A stretch of DNA of 64,000 nucleotides from an uncultured Nitrospiraceae bacterium (GTDB taxonomy: Bacteria > Nitrospirota > Thermodesulfovibrionia > Thermodesulfovibrionales > SM23-35), in contig CAVSHB010000002.1 of assembly GCA_963727775.1 (NCBI GenBank), positions 384,001 to 448,000 on the forward strand, given 5' to 3'. How positions within the stretch are numbered: the first letter of the stretch is position 1; every line of letters starts with the position of its first letter. Below the pieces are notes generated by a model that was given only the letters and a program-made list of their open reading frames with translations, ran no database searches and was not told the DNA's origin. The position numbers and the translations under genes were made by a program. Positions 1-10,710 of this stretch are shown here, piece by piece.

Positions 1-351
1 TTCGAAACCTTTGAGCCAGTCGTTGTTTAAAGGAAAGACGTGCGTCTTTTGGGACAAATGTCACGCAGCATCTCTAAAATTCCTACGGCGGGAGAACTTC
101 TTCCTCTTCTAAGGAAGAAGTCAAGTTTTTTTCTTGTCTTTCTCTGTTAAAGCTGAAATGGTTGTGGTGTTACTTCAACCTTTTACCTTTTCACCTAACC
201 TCTTTTGTTCTACGAGCCTTATAGCTCAACTTACCTTATTCAGGTCGAAAGGATGGTGGAAGTTGACCAAGCTGAATCCTACAAGCCTTCTTTTTAGCTT
301 ACGAAGAAGCACGGTCCTTCTTCCACCACAACCACTGTTTACTCCCATATA

Positions 352-570
352 CTAAGCAGCAATTGTTACCGTATCCTGAAATCTCCGTTTGTCTCTTAAG
401 AGTGCAAAGATTAGCTTGATCAGCTTTATTGCTACTGCGCACAGGATCTCTTTCTTCCTCGGCAGTTGACCAAACCGGTTCTTTGTCTGCAATTTTCGTT
501 GATAATATTCTTGAAAATAGTTGGTGAGGACTACCACCCTCATGCTCATAAAGAAAAGACACTTCCTTAA
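352..570 (-). pseudogene. IS110 transposase C-terminal fragment
   Basis: LRKCLFFMSMRVV...YYQRK...AVAIKLIKLIFALLRD. It joins in frame to ...ISKKGRWL from the 5' part once the IS1380 and one TTAA are removed (about 421 aa restored). Confidence 0.9.
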
Positions 571-2191
571 CCCGAAAAGTGCAATTGGAAAAGACATGCC
601 TATAGATCCAAGCCTATCAAGGCAATCCCGGAATTAGCATTAGCAAAGCTAATCTTTACACTGTTTCTTGATCCGCCTCCTTTTGAAGTTTATTGTCATC
701 TTGCAACTGCAGTGCAGGTATCCAGACCTGGCGGAAAGTATTGTCCTATGCGGCTAAAGAGGTATAAAAGTTTTGATCGTACTTTCTGTGTAAAGACGGA
801 GATCCTCAATACCAGCGTTCTGCCGTTTCCTCCCAATTGGGCGGGTAGTACAAAATACTTATACCGCAAGGTCTTCAAGCGTTCTATCTTTTCTTTCTGG
901 CCCAGTATCTGATGTCGAAACAGGACAAACAGATTGTAGATGAATACCCGAATAAGCATTGCCGCCTCTGTTGAATAGAAATACTTCATCGAGAACCCTC
1001 CAAGCGCAAAATCCTCTTTCAGTTCCTTGATGGTATTCTCATCGTTTGCCCTCGGCCTGCACTGCTTCCATACATCATATGCGGGATCATGTGAATTGGT
1101 TATCCATACGCTGTAACGATAATTCCCTGTATCAAACTCATCTCCGAAAAGAGATAACTCCTTCCCCATCGCATGCGGCCTCTTCTTTATATCCTGACGG
1201 ACTGCGATAAACCTCCTGTCGTTTATCCAATCGACATGCTGGAAAAAGAACTCCGTGATCCATATCCCCTCTTCTATCCGCTTCCAGTTTTGTTGTGCAT
1301 AAACCATCCTCTGCAAAGGACGGTATAGGCGAGCGGCTATGATATAGATTAATTTTCTCCGCTCCAAAAGTTCGATAAACTCTCTGAGATAAAATCCACT
1401 GTCCGCAATAACGCCCTTAATATCGATATGCCCGCTAATCCTCTGCCATGTGGACTCGAAAAATCCAATGATATTATTCCATGACATCACATTGCCGGGA
1501 CGGTTCCACAGATGTATCACATACTTGCTTCTGTTAAGAAATGCCAGAAGCGGGCTATGGCTCCCACGCCCTTTCTTCTTCGGGTTATATCCCCTCTTTG
1601 CCCCCTCCTGTTTGCCATATCGCTCAAGCACTGTAGAATCAAACGTCAGCCAGTCCTCTTTGATCTCCTCCCATGGAATCAATCTCTTCAAATATCCCCA
1701 TAGCCCTTCCGACATCGTTTCCACTTCCTTCAGCTTCCTGATTTTCCTGAAAAGCCTGCCCAATGTCGTAGAGGCCAAAGGAAGCCTCTTCACTGCAAAA
1801 AGATCTGTGAAAATCTCCTGCCAACCAAGATAAAGTAAATGAGAAAACCTGCTGCCTCCCGCATAGATCAGAAGGATGTACGCCAATACCTTGCTGTATA
1901 TCCCCATTCCATTGGGAGAACTCTCGTGGACCGGGATCACCTCTTGCAAAATTCCTCTCAATTTGATCTTTTCAAAAAATGCCGCCAATAAACTGAATCC
2001 CCCATATGCCGTCATCTTCTTCTCCGTAAATCCAATCCTTACTTTATTTATTTCGATGTTTGTGCTACATTTTGACTGCATATTTCTATTCTCCTTTCGT
2101 TTAGAGTTGATGGTCGCTCAAACCTATTGATTCTAATACGAAAGGAGAATTTCTTCGGGGATATTATTTTAGGTCAACTGCACTTTTTGGG
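571..2191 (-). mobile_element. IS1380-family insertion sequence, 1621 bp
   Basis: Terminal IRs CCCGAAAAGTGCAATTG (571-587) and revcomp CCCAAAAAGTGCAGTTG (2175-2191) match 15/17. TTAA target duplication at 567-570 and 2192-2195. Confidence 0.92.
696..2081 (-). CDS. IS1380-family DDE transposase
   Basis: 461 aa; TAYGG, LTFDSTV...YGKQEGAKRGYNP, ADSGF, R-x3-ENTIKELK motifs. Confidence 0.92.
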   Translation of the reverse strand: MQSKCSTNIEINKVRIGFTEKKMTAYGGFSLLAAFFEKIKLRGILQEVIPVHESSPNGMGIYSKVLAYILLIYAGGSRFSHLLYLGWQEIFTDLFAVKRLPLASTTLGRLFRKIRKLKEVETMSEGLWGYLKRLIPWEEIKEDWLTFDSTVLERYGKQEGAKRGYNPKKKGRGSHSPLLAFLNRSKYVIHLWNRPGNVMSWNNIIGFFESTWQRISGHIDIKGVIADSGFYLREFIELLERRKLIYIIAARLYRPLQRMVYAQQNWKRIEEGIWITEFFFQHVDWINDRRFIAVRQDIKKRPHAMGKELSLFGDEFDTGNYRYSVWITNSHDPAYDVWKQCRPRANDENTIKELKEDFALGGFSMKYFYSTEAAMLIRVFIYNLFVLFRHQILGQKEKIERLKTLRYKYFVLPAQLGGNGRTLVLRISVFTQKVRSKLLYLFSRIGQYFPPGLDTCTAVAR

Positions 2192-3242
2192 TTAAGAGCC
2201 AGCGTCCCTTTTTGGATATGAACTTGCGGCTTATCCTATAACCGGAATCGCTCTCCTGTGGATCATATCCTGCATATTTGACGATCTGACGGGCGTTTTG
2301 AAAATACGCCGGGTCTCCTAACTCTCCTAAGAAGATAGCGGCTGAAAGGGGGCCTATACCTGGGATGCTCAATAAATAGATCTCCTTTAGTGTGCTTTTC
2401 ATCTGTCGGTCAATATACTTGAGCATCAGTACGGTCCGTTTCACTTCTTCCAGACATATCTTTACCCTGTAGCGATCCGTACTGCCGATTCGTTTTACTC
2501 CAATGCTCTTTATTGCTGCCTGCTGGAGAGCTTTTGCTTTTTCGGCTGCTCCCGCCTTCTTCCTTGAGCTGTGGGCGATCAGTTCCTTGATAACTGCGTG
2601 TTTCATCGATACCACATCCTCGGGAAACGGACACAAATCAAGGATTGCCCATAAACTCCGGGAATTCATTGACCAAAATATCTCATGCAGCTCAGGGAAA
2701 TAGTCATCCAGTGCAGCATGAAGCGCATTTTTCGCTCCCACGCTATATCTCAAGAGTCTCTCCCTTACTTTCGACAATGTCCTTAGCTGTCTTACCACCC
2801 CGTCTTCAATTACGGTATCGATATATTTACCCTCTCTGGTGATATTCGTTATGGTCAATGCATCTCTTTTATCGCTCTTTGCAGAGGAACTCTCGTCAAG
2901 TTCCCGATGATGCTTCAGGGCCGTAGTCCGTACAAACCGAACTTCATAACCCTTCTCTTTTCCAAAGTAGGCAAGCTTCCTCCAGTAGTGCCCTGTCGGT
3001 TCCATCCCAATGAGCACGCCGTTCATGCCATACTTTGCTTTAAAACCCTCTGTCATCTTTACAAACTGCTCAAATCCTTCACGGTTGTTGTACAGTTTGG
3101 CGCAACTCCCCAACACGTTGCCCTCTTTGTTCATGAACCCCACCGCATTCCATGCATTCCCTACGTCCACTCCTATGACCAGGGTCTCCCTACTAATCCT
3201 TTCACGCTTTGCTACCTGCTTGTTATAATCTTTCTCAGACAT
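2192..3242 (-). pseudogene. IS110 transposase N-terminal and central part (disrupted)
   Basis: IGVDVG, IGMEPTGHYW, KSDKRDA (RuvC-like DEDD), SIPGIG, YAGYDPQESDSG; frame broken by the IS1380 at 2191. Confidence 0.92.
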
Positions 3243-3393
3243 GGTGATCTCTCCTTTCTGTTATGTTGTTTGGATATTCAACTTTAACAGTTCGAGATTG
3301 CCATGTCTTTCCCTCTTCCTTATAGTAAGCTGAAATAGAGACCTTTGGAATCTGATATAATTATGTTTGTTACATCACATAATTAATGCATGA

Positions 3394-4254
3394 ATGCTAC
3401 CAATGACTTTTACTCATAAAACTGCCATAGCCTTTTTCGTCCAAAAGATTTTGGAGCAAGCCCAAAAGGACAATATAACAATTTCTAAAGCTCAGGAATA
3501 TATTTTTTCTTTGAATACTTATGAGCCAGATTCATATTCAAATCGTGTACTAATCGAGACATTTGAGAATGAATCAAGCATTAAGAATTTCGAAATCAAG
3601 ACAATAAAATTAATTTCAAATGCATACCAACGTGATGTAGCCAATAATAGTGATCTTCGGGCGGTTTATGGCGAAGCTTGCAAGGCTCTAAAATCAGGTA
3701 ATTATTACATCTACCGCTTGGTCACCAGAGCCATCGGACATCAAATCGATAAAATCGGAGAGTTCTTTGGTAGGTACACCTCGAATGATGAATATATACT
3801 TTGGGCTATTTTGTCTGGATTTATTTTTGCGCTTCTGGTCATCTTTGTAGTCGTCTCCTTCCGTACAGGAAAAGATATATTAGCTATATTATCTAACAGA
3901 GACTTTTTATTGTCGATAATATTATCCCTTTTGGCTACAGTTGTTTCGGTTAGAAAATATTTGCGTCTCACCAAAAAAGGACTATACGATATCTACTTTA
4001 GACAACGCATAGATCTCAAATCGGGTTTTTCTTTCAAGGGTATATTAAGTATAATCGGTATTTTCTTCTTGATTACAATTCTGACAGTTACAGCGGTTAG
4101 TAATTTCATTGCTGGTATGCAAGATAAGGATTATTTTCGCATGACCTTTGGATCAATCGAAATCATTTTTTATACTATCATTGTAATTATAATGATGGGA
4201 TTGCTTTTCATTAAGATTAAACTCTATTTGCAAAGTAACAAACGGAGATTCTAA
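3394..4254 (+). CDS. hypothetical membrane protein, AT-rich
   Basis: 286 aa ORF with soluble N-terminus and about four hydrophobic segments; visibly lower GC than neighbours. Confidence 0.65.
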   Translation: MLPMTFTHKTAIAFFVQKILEQAQKDNITISKAQEYIFSLNTYEPDSYSNRVLIETFENESSIKNFEIKTIKLISNAYQRDVANNSDLRAVYGEACKALKSGNYYIYRLVTRAIGHQIDKIGEFFGRYTSNDEYILWAILSGFIFALLVIFVVVSFRTGKDILAILSNRDFLLSIILSLLATVVSVRKYLRLTKKGLYDIYFRQRIDLKSGFSFKGILSIIGIFFLITILTVTAVSNFIAGMQDKDYFRMTFGSIEIIFYTIIVIIMMGLLFIKIKLYLQSNKRRF

Positions 4255-4470
4255 TGACTCACTTTATTAGACACCGCTTGAAAACGCACCCGCGACTCGG
4301 GCGTTAACCGTTTTTAACGGTAATCAACACCTTTTTAGCTTAGTCGAACCTGCGCATTAGCGGTGTAGTCGATACCCAGCGCTTTTCAGGCAGTCTTAAG
4401 AATAATCGAGATACCCGTTTGGTACAGATTGAGACTTAGCCTGTCGCCGTATATAGTTTGCTCAGGCTTT

Positions 4471-6252
4471 TTACACCTCCGGCAAATCTATCTTGATATA
4501 GAGTTCTTTCAGCTGTTTCGGTTCGACCGGTGAAGGACTGCCGCTCATAAGGCAGAACGCTTTCTGGGTCTTCGGAAATGCGATGACGTCCCTTATTGAT
4601 GTCGCGCCGACCATAAGCATTACAAGCCTGTCAAGGCCGAGGGCAATTCCCCCATGCGGCGGTGCGCCGTATTCGAGCGCTTCCAGCAGAAACCCGAACT
4701 TTAGCTTTGCGTCTTCTTCCGATATGCGTAAAAGCTCGAACATCTTCCGCTGCAGGTCGCGCCTGTGGATACGGATGCTCCCCCCACCTATCTCATAACC
4801 GTTAAGTACAATGTCATATGCCTTTGCCTTAAGAGAAGATAAAAGCTCTTTATTGTTAATATCGCCCGTAAGCATCTTCTCAATATCCCCATCCATCGGG
4901 GAAGTGAAGGGATGATGCATTGCCTCGAACCTGTCTTCTTCATCATTCCATTCGAGGAGCGGGAAGTCCGTGATCCATACAAATCTATACCCGGGCACTA
5001 TGAGGTTTAATTTTTTCCCGAGTTCCAGCCTCATCCTGCTCAGCACATCAAAAACAACCTTCTCCTTATCGGCAATAAAGAGCATCAGGTCTCCTTCCCC
5101 GGCATCAAGTCTCTGTGCCATCTGCTTCAGGATATCCTCGGGGAAGAATTTTGCTATCGGCGATTCAAAACCATTTTTTACCTTAATCCACGCGAGTCCT
5201 TTTGCTCCGAAGGACTGCGCCTCTTCGGTGAGCATATCTATCTCTTTTCGCGACAAACCTGCCATGCCTTTGCCGTTAATAGCTTTTACTCTTCCCCCTA
5301 ATTTGAGGGCGTCAAGAAAGACCTTAAAAGACCCTTTCTCTGCGAGATCAGCCATTTCCTTGAGCTCAAGTCTGAATCGCAGATCGGGCTTGTCGTTGCC
5401 GAACCTCTCTATGGATTCGCGGAAGCTCAATTTTTCAAACGGTATCTCAAGCTCAATATTGAGGACATCTCTGAAAAGCTTTTTTATCATGCCTTCGATG
5501 TTCCCGATAATGTCTTTCGTGTCCGCGAAAGACATTTCGATGTCAACCTGGGTGAATTCGGGCTGGCGGTCTGCACGAAGGTCTTCGTCCCTGAAACACT
5601 TTACGACCTGAAAATATCTTTCGAAGCCGGATACCATCAATATCTGTTTGAAAATTTGCGGTGATTGAGGGAGCGCATAAAAATGACCGGGATTCAGGCG
5701 GCTCGGCACAAGATAGTCTCTCGCGCCTTCGGGCGTGGATTTTGTGAGGATGGGCGTCTCTATCTCAAGAAATCCCTGCCCGTCGAGATAGTCCCTCATA
5801 AGCTTCGCGGCCTTATGCCTGATGATCAAATTCCTCTGCATATCGGGCCTTCTCAGGTCAAGATATCTGTGCTTAAGCCTCAGAGATTCCGATGTGTCGG
5901 CGGCATCCTCAATAGTGAAAGGCAGTGCGGCTGCCTCATTCAGGACCTCAAGGGTATTTACATACAGCTCTACCATGCCGGTAGGCATACCCGGATTTTC
6001 AGTACCCTGGGGTCTCTGCCTGATCTCGCCGGATACTCGTACCACATACTCACTCCTCAATCCATGTGCGCGCTCATGCGCATCGCCTGATACCTCGGGG
6101 CTGAAAACCACCTGAAGCACACCGCTTCTGTCGCGTAAATCTATAAATAGAAGGCCGCCGTGGTCCCTGCGTCTGAAAACCCAGCCGTTCAGGGTGAGGG
6201 TCAGCCCTATGTCAGCTTCTTTTATTCCTCCACATCCTTTATCACGAGCCAT
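4471..6252 (-). CDS. aspS: aspartate-tRNA ligase
   Basis: RRDHGGLLFIDLRD, LPQSPQIFKQ, FRDEDLRADRQPEFTQ, HHPFT, GAPPHGG. Confidence 0.98.
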   Translation of the reverse strand: MARDKGCGGIKEADIGLTLTLNGWVFRRRDHGGLLFIDLRDRSGVLQVVFSPEVSGDAHERAHGLRSEYVVRVSGEIRQRPQGTENPGMPTGMVELYVNTLEVLNEAAALPFTIEDAADTSESLRLKHRYLDLRRPDMQRNLIIRHKAAKLMRDYLDGQGFLEIETPILTKSTPEGARDYLVPSRLNPGHFYALPQSPQIFKQILMVSGFERYFQVVKCFRDEDLRADRQPEFTQVDIEMSFADTKDIIGNIEGMIKKLFRDVLNIELEIPFEKLSFRESIERFGNDKPDLRFRLELKEMADLAEKGSFKVFLDALKLGGRVKAINGKGMAGLSRKEIDMLTEEAQSFGAKGLAWIKVKNGFESPIAKFFPEDILKQMAQRLDAGEGDLMLFIADKEKVVFDVLSRMRLELGKKLNLIVPGYRFVWITDFPLLEWNDEEDRFEAMHHPFTSPMDGDIEKMLTGDINNKELLSSLKAKAYDIVLNGYEIGGGSIRIHRRDLQRKMFELLRISEEDAKLKFGFLLEALEYGAPPHGGIALGLDRLVMLMVGATSIRDVIAFPKTQKAFCLMSGSPSPVEPKQLKELYIKIDLPEV

Positions 6253-6263
6253 ATGTCCTCCGA

Positions 6264-6983
6264 TTAACTGAAAACTTCTTGCTTTATTTTTTCAATCTCC
6301 TCAGTCGTCAAATATCTGTATCCACCCGGACCAAGTCTTCCCAGGTCGATTCCGTTTATCCTTATCCTTTGCAGCTTGAGCACCGGATGTCCTATGCTTT
6401 CGAGCATCCGTCTGATCTGCCTTTTCCTGCCTTCATGTATCGTCATCTCAAGCCATGAGTTATTTTCCGTGGTCTTGATCATCTTTACTTTTGCAGGAGC
6501 TGTTAACCCGTCAATGAGTTTTACCCCTTTTCTCAGCTTGACAAGCCCTCTTTCTTCCGGGATTCCCTTGACCTTAATGAGATAGGTCTTTGAAATCTTT
6601 TTTGAAGGATGGAGCACTGCATTTGCAAAATCCCCGTCATTTGTCAGTAAAAGGAGGCCTTCAGAATCATAATCAAGTCTTCCTACCGGATAAACTCTAT
6701 ATTTTACACCCCTCAGGAAATCTTTTACAGTCGTTCTGCCTTCAGGGTCCTGAAGTGATGTCACAACATTCCTGGGTTTGTTGAAAATAATGTAAGTTTT
6801 TGGTTCCCGCCTTGTCAGGAGCTTCCCGTCGAGCTTTATATGGTCTTTGGCCGGGTCAGCTTTTGTACCGAGCTCCGCTATCCGTCCATTCACCGTTATC
6901 CTGCCTTCGAGTATTATCTCCTCGGCCTTTCTCCTTGAGGCAATCCCCATTTCTGAGAGAATCTTCTGAAGTCTTTTTTCCAT
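6264..6983 (-). CDS. rluB: S4-domain pseudouridine synthase (RluB/RsuA family)
   Basis: RLQKILSEMGIASRRKAE, VGRLDYDSEGLLLLTNDG, EGRKRQIRRM; start placed at ATG 6983. Confidence 0.88.
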   Translation of the reverse strand: MEKRLQKILSEMGIASRRKAEEIILEGRITVNGRIAELGTKADPAKDHIKLDGKLLTRREPKTYIIFNKPRNVVTSLQDPEGRTTVKDFLRGVKYRVYPVGRLDYDSEGLLLLTNDGDFANAVLHPSKKISKTYLIKVKGIPEERGLVKLRKGVKLIDGLTAPAKVKMIKTTENNSWLEMTIHEGRKRQIRRMLESIGHPVLKLQRIRINGIDLGRLGPGGYRYLTTEEIEKIKQEVFS

Positions 6984-7086
6984 AAGAGTAAATAATACCA
7001 TAAAAGCCTGTTCCCGATTTTTCATGCTGATATTTAAAGCGGTTTTAAGGTATAATAACCAAGCTTTTAGAGTTTAATAGATTAAG

Positions 7087-7127
7087 AAGACCTCAGAGGC
7101 TTTGAAGGCTCTGGGGTTTTTATTTTT
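7087..7127 (+). terminator. terminator-like hairpin in the DEAD-box helicase leader
   Basis: AAGACCTCAGAG...CTCTGGGGTTTT followed by a T-rich tail, downstream of TATAAT at 7051-7056. Confidence 0.5.
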
Positions 7128-7208
7128 AGATCATGTGCAATTCTAACAATAAAGCCCTTCAGAGAATTTATATCTAACGGCAATAAAAATAAAAGAGGAC
7201 AAAGAAGA

Positions 7209-8771
7209 ATGAATTTTGATGACTTTAACTTAAGCAAGGAGACGATGAAATCCATAGCCGAAATAGGGTTCGAGGAGCCGACTCCTATCCAGGTTTCGGC
7301 GCTGCCGCTCATAATGGACGGTCGTGATATCGTCGGACAGGCGCAGACAGGCACAGGCAAGACCGCTGCTTTCGGCATCCCTATTGTGGAAAACTGTCAA
7401 AAGGGAAAAAATCCTTTTGCAATTATACTGGAGCCGACGAGGGAACTCGCTGTTCAGGTCGCACAGGAGATCCTCAGGATAGGCAAATTCAGGAAGATCA
7501 GTGTGCTGCCGGTTTATGGAGGCACCTCTATCGAAAGACAGATAAAGATATTGCAGCGGGGCGTGAATGTTGTTGTCGGGACGCCGGGCCGTGTTATAGA
7601 CCATCTGAACAGGAGGACCATTTCGTTGTCGGGCGTGAAGATTGTTGTTCTCGACGAAGCGGATGAAATGCTTGATATGGGATTTATTGAAGATATGGAA
7701 ACAATAATCAAAGCGACGCCTCCAGAGAGGCAGACGCTGTTATTTTCAGCCACAATCCCTCAACCTATCATGAACATCGCCAAACGGTATATGAGAAACC
7801 CGGAAAAAATACGGGTGAATGCAAACGATATTATTATCCCGAAGATAAAACAGATATTTTATGAGGTCAGGGAAGCGGACAAAGTGAATGCCCTTTCCAG
7901 GCTTCTTGATGTCGAAGACCCGTCGCTTGCGATTGTCTTCTGCCATACAAAAAGGGATGTTGATGAGGTTTCGACGAAACTCGAACAGATGGGATATAAT
8001 GCGGGCGCATTGCACGGTGATTTTACTCAGGCAAGGAGGGATGAGGTCATGAACAAGTTCAAGACAGGCATGCTCGATATCCTCGTTGCGACCGATGTGG
8101 CTGCACGGGGGCTTGATATAAAAGACGTGACCCATGTCATTAATTACAGCATCCCCCAGAACCCCGACAGCTATGTCCACAGGATCGGAAGGACCGGACG
8201 GGCCGGAAAGTCGGGAATTGCCATAACTTTCGTGACGCCGAGGGAATATAATCATTTGCGCCTGATAGAAAAAACCGCCAAGACGAGTATCGGCAGGAAG
8301 AAACTGCCTTCACAAACCGATGTGATAGCGGCAAGGAAGAAGAATATCCTCAAGGAAATTTCCGGCGTCATTCAGGAAAATAAACACGCGGAATATCTTT
8401 CGATGGTCAAAGACCTGTCAGAGCATTATGAGTCCGGCGATATTGCGGCAGCGGCCCTCTATTCCTTATATGGCGAGACAAAGGAAAGGCCTCTGGAGGA
8501 ACGTAAAGAAGAGAGCGGATCTGTCCGTTTATTTATGACAGTCGGCAGGAAGGACAATATAAAAACCGGTGATATTGTGAAATCCATTGTTTCGGAAGCC
8601 GGGATCCCCTTCAAGAAGATCGGGAAAATCAATGTGTTCGATAAGTTTACTTTTGTCGAAGTGCCCAGGGAGTTTTCCGACAGAATAATACGGTCGTTAA
8701 ATGATGTGATGATGAAAGGCAGGAGGATCAAGGTTCAGCACGCAAAGCCTGCAGACACTATGGGCTTCTGA
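7209..8771 (+). CDS. deaD: DEAD-box RNA helicase with DbpA-type RNA-binding C-terminus (DeaD/CshA-like)
   Basis: AQTGTGKT, PTRELA, DEAD, SAT, HRIGRTGRAG. Confidence 0.9.
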   Translation: MNFDDFNLSKETMKSIAEIGFEEPTPIQVSALPLIMDGRDIVGQAQTGTGKTAAFGIPIVENCQKGKNPFAIILEPTRELAVQVAQEILRIGKFRKISVLPVYGGTSIERQIKILQRGVNVVVGTPGRVIDHLNRRTISLSGVKIVVLDEADEMLDMGFIEDMETIIKATPPERQTLLFSATIPQPIMNIAKRYMRNPEKIRVNANDIIIPKIKQIFYEVREADKVNALSRLLDVEDPSLAIVFCHTKRDVDEVSTKLEQMGYNAGALHGDFTQARRDEVMNKFKTGMLDILVATDVAARGLDIKDVTHVINYSIPQNPDSYVHRIGRTGRAGKSGIAITFVTPREYNHLRLIEKTAKTSIGRKKLPSQTDVIAARKKNILKEISGVIQENKHAEYLSMVKDLSEHYESGDIAAAALYSLYGETKERPLEERKEESGSVRLFMTVGRKDNIKTGDIVKSIVSEAGIPFKKIGKINVFDKFTFVEVPREFSDRIIRSLNDVMMKGRRIKVQHAKPADTMGF

Positions 8772-8800
8772 GGCTTTTGAGAAACTACTGCGGTTTCGGG

Positions 8801-9274
8801 TCAGACCCTGTTCTTCAGCCATTTCGCAGGGTCAATTATCATGGACCCGCTGTCCCCATCGGAATATACGACCTTAGCTATCCTTGAATTCAATATCATT
8901 CTTTTGCACATCATGCAAGGTTCGGAACTGCACTCTTTATTTTTATCATCGGCGCCCGAGATGTAAATTGTGGCCCCCCTTAACTCATCGGCAGACGCGC
9001 GGATGATTGCATTTGCCTCTGCATGTACGCTGTGACAGAGTTCATATCTCTCTCCATGAGGGATTTGGAGCTCTTTTCGTGTGCACTTCCCGACGTCGAG
9101 ACAGTCCTTCATCCCGGCGGGAGCGCCGTTATATCCGGTGCTTACGATGATGTTGTCCTTCGTGATGACCGCGCCGTATTTCCTTCTCAGACATGTCGCC
9201 CTTGCTGCGACTGCTTTCGCAATCCCTATGAAGTATTCATCCCAATCAGGCCTGAGCTTTTTCCTTTGTTTCAT
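8801..9274 (-). CDS. dCMP deaminase (ComEB family)
   Basis: RPDWDEYF, TGYNG, HAEANA, PCMMC. Confidence 0.9.
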   Translation of the reverse strand: MKQRKKLRPDWDEYFIGIAKAVAARATCLRRKYGAVITKDNIIVSTGYNGAPAGMKDCLDVGKCTRKELQIPHGERYELCHSVHAEANAIIRASADELRGATIYISGADDKNKECSSEPCMMCKRMILNSRIAKVVYSDGDSGSMIIDPAKWLKNRV

Positions 9275-9449
9275 GCTATTGCATAATAGCTTACAAGCTT
9301 AACTGCTTTCAAGAGCTCCGGCAGGCAATTTGCCATTCTCTTAGGAAAGGTTGCTCTATTTTGTTTTTCAGTTTCATTTTTCAGTTGTTTTTCTAATACT
9401 ACTTTATTGCAATTTATTGCAAAGATAATGAATAATTCTAAAGGGTGAT

Positions 9450-10157
9450 ATGCGGGAAATTAGGCGGTATAAGAGATTTCAAGTGGAGATAATGGAAATC
9501 AGCGGTAAGATGGTGTTGGCTTCTTATGTGAAAATTCTCGATATAAGCATTGGAGGAGTTTCATTCCGGGTAGACAGGAGAGTGAACATGGACAGTGAAT
9601 ATACTTTGAAAATACAGGGCAAGGGGAAGGAGTTGACGGTAAAAGGTATTATTGTGAGGTCCTCACTCGTTGACAATGCAAGGGATTCCCGCGGCAATAT
9701 TGTCCCGATTTATAGCGCCGGCATGAGGTTTACCGATGTTTCAGCCGAGAAGCTTAAGGAAATCGCGGCATTCATAGAGGGTAATATGAAGGATGTTGAC
9801 AAGCAGGTGGATTTGTATAGCCCCAGCGGTCGCAGGCTTTATGTCAGAGTTTATATCGAAAACTCCGAAGGATCATTGCTGAAATTTTATGAAAGCTATA
9901 AGGTAAAGAATATTAGCCTTGGCGGGATGCTTATTGAGAGCGAAAGTAGTCTGGAAATCGGAAACACATTGCCTCTGGAGATAGTTCTTGACGAAGATAA
10001 ATCCATAAAGGTCTCGGGAAAGGTTATTTCGTGTGCCCGTACCAAAGATAATGAGACTGAGCGCTATGACATCGGGGTGGAATTTCTGGATATGCCGGAG
10101 AAAGACAGGGACATATTAAATGAATTTCTCCGCTTGCTCGACAATTTGAAAATATAG
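9450..10157 (+). CDS. tandem PilZ-domain protein
   Basis: Two RRxxR ... (D/N)ISxGG motifs (RRYKR/DISIGG and RRLYVR/NISLGG). Confidence 0.85.
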   Translation: MREIRRYKRFQVEIMEISGKMVLASYVKILDISIGGVSFRVDRRVNMDSEYTLKIQGKGKELTVKGIIVRSSLVDNARDSRGNIVPIYSAGMRFTDVSAEKLKEIAAFIEGNMKDVDKQVDLYSPSGRRLYVRVYIENSEGSLLKFYESYKVKNISLGGMLIESESSLEIGNTLPLEIVLDEDKSIKVSGKVISCARTKDNETERYDIGVEFLDMPEKDRDILNEFLRLLDNLKI

Positions 10158-10205
10158 CTTCCTCTTTGCATTGTTTGATTAATACATAGAGGATAAAAAG
10201 GCGAT

Positions 10206-10637
10206 ATGAAAAATGTTATTCTTTTATCTGTTCTCACCTGCATTATTTTAAGTTTTGCCTCAGTTGTCTACCCGTGTGAATGGTGTTTTGTTAGCGCTTC
10301 AAAAGAAAATTATTATTATATTGATTCCGAGAACCTAAAGGTAAGCGGCAAAGAAATAACTTTTTGGATATTGAAACAAGACATAGAAACCGGCAAACTC
10401 CTCCTCCAAAAAAAATTTATTATGAATTGCGAAGATGAAATTACCGCTGTAAGAGATGTCAAGCGTTTTGGCCTAACAGATACTATCCTGAATGCAATAC
10501 TGTACGATGATAACTTTGAGTGGGTTGATATACCCGACAATTCAAAGATGCAGGTATTTGAACAGGTATTGTGCTTAGACGGCAAGCCGAGAGCAAATAC
10601 AAAAGAATATCTGCAAAAACCCTTTGCAAGGAAGTAA
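10206..10637 (+). CDS. exported hypothetical protein
   Basis: Signal-peptide-like N-terminus; W...YYID...W...NC pattern. Confidence 0.7.
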   Translation: MKNVILLSVLTCIILSFASVVYPCEWCFVSASKENYYYIDSENLKVSGKEITFWILKQDIETGKLLLQKKFIMNCEDEITAVRDVKRFGLTDTILNAILYDDNFEWVDIPDNSKMQVFEQVLCLDGKPRANTKEYLQKPFARK

Positions 10638-10710
10638 TATTTTTTAGATACTGATGGAAAGCGGCTTGAATGACGATAAAATATGCCGGGATATTTTCTA
10701 AGGACAGAGC

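Larger units (their letters stand above)
7..3347 (-). mobile_element. IS110-family insertion sequence interrupted by an IS1380; ends approximate
   Basis: Split DEDD transposase (3242..2192 + 570..352) with a long non-coding region downstream. ACCTTTG occurs at both 7-13 and 3341-3347 and may mark the ends, but the downstream end could lie outside the window. Confidence 0.75.
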
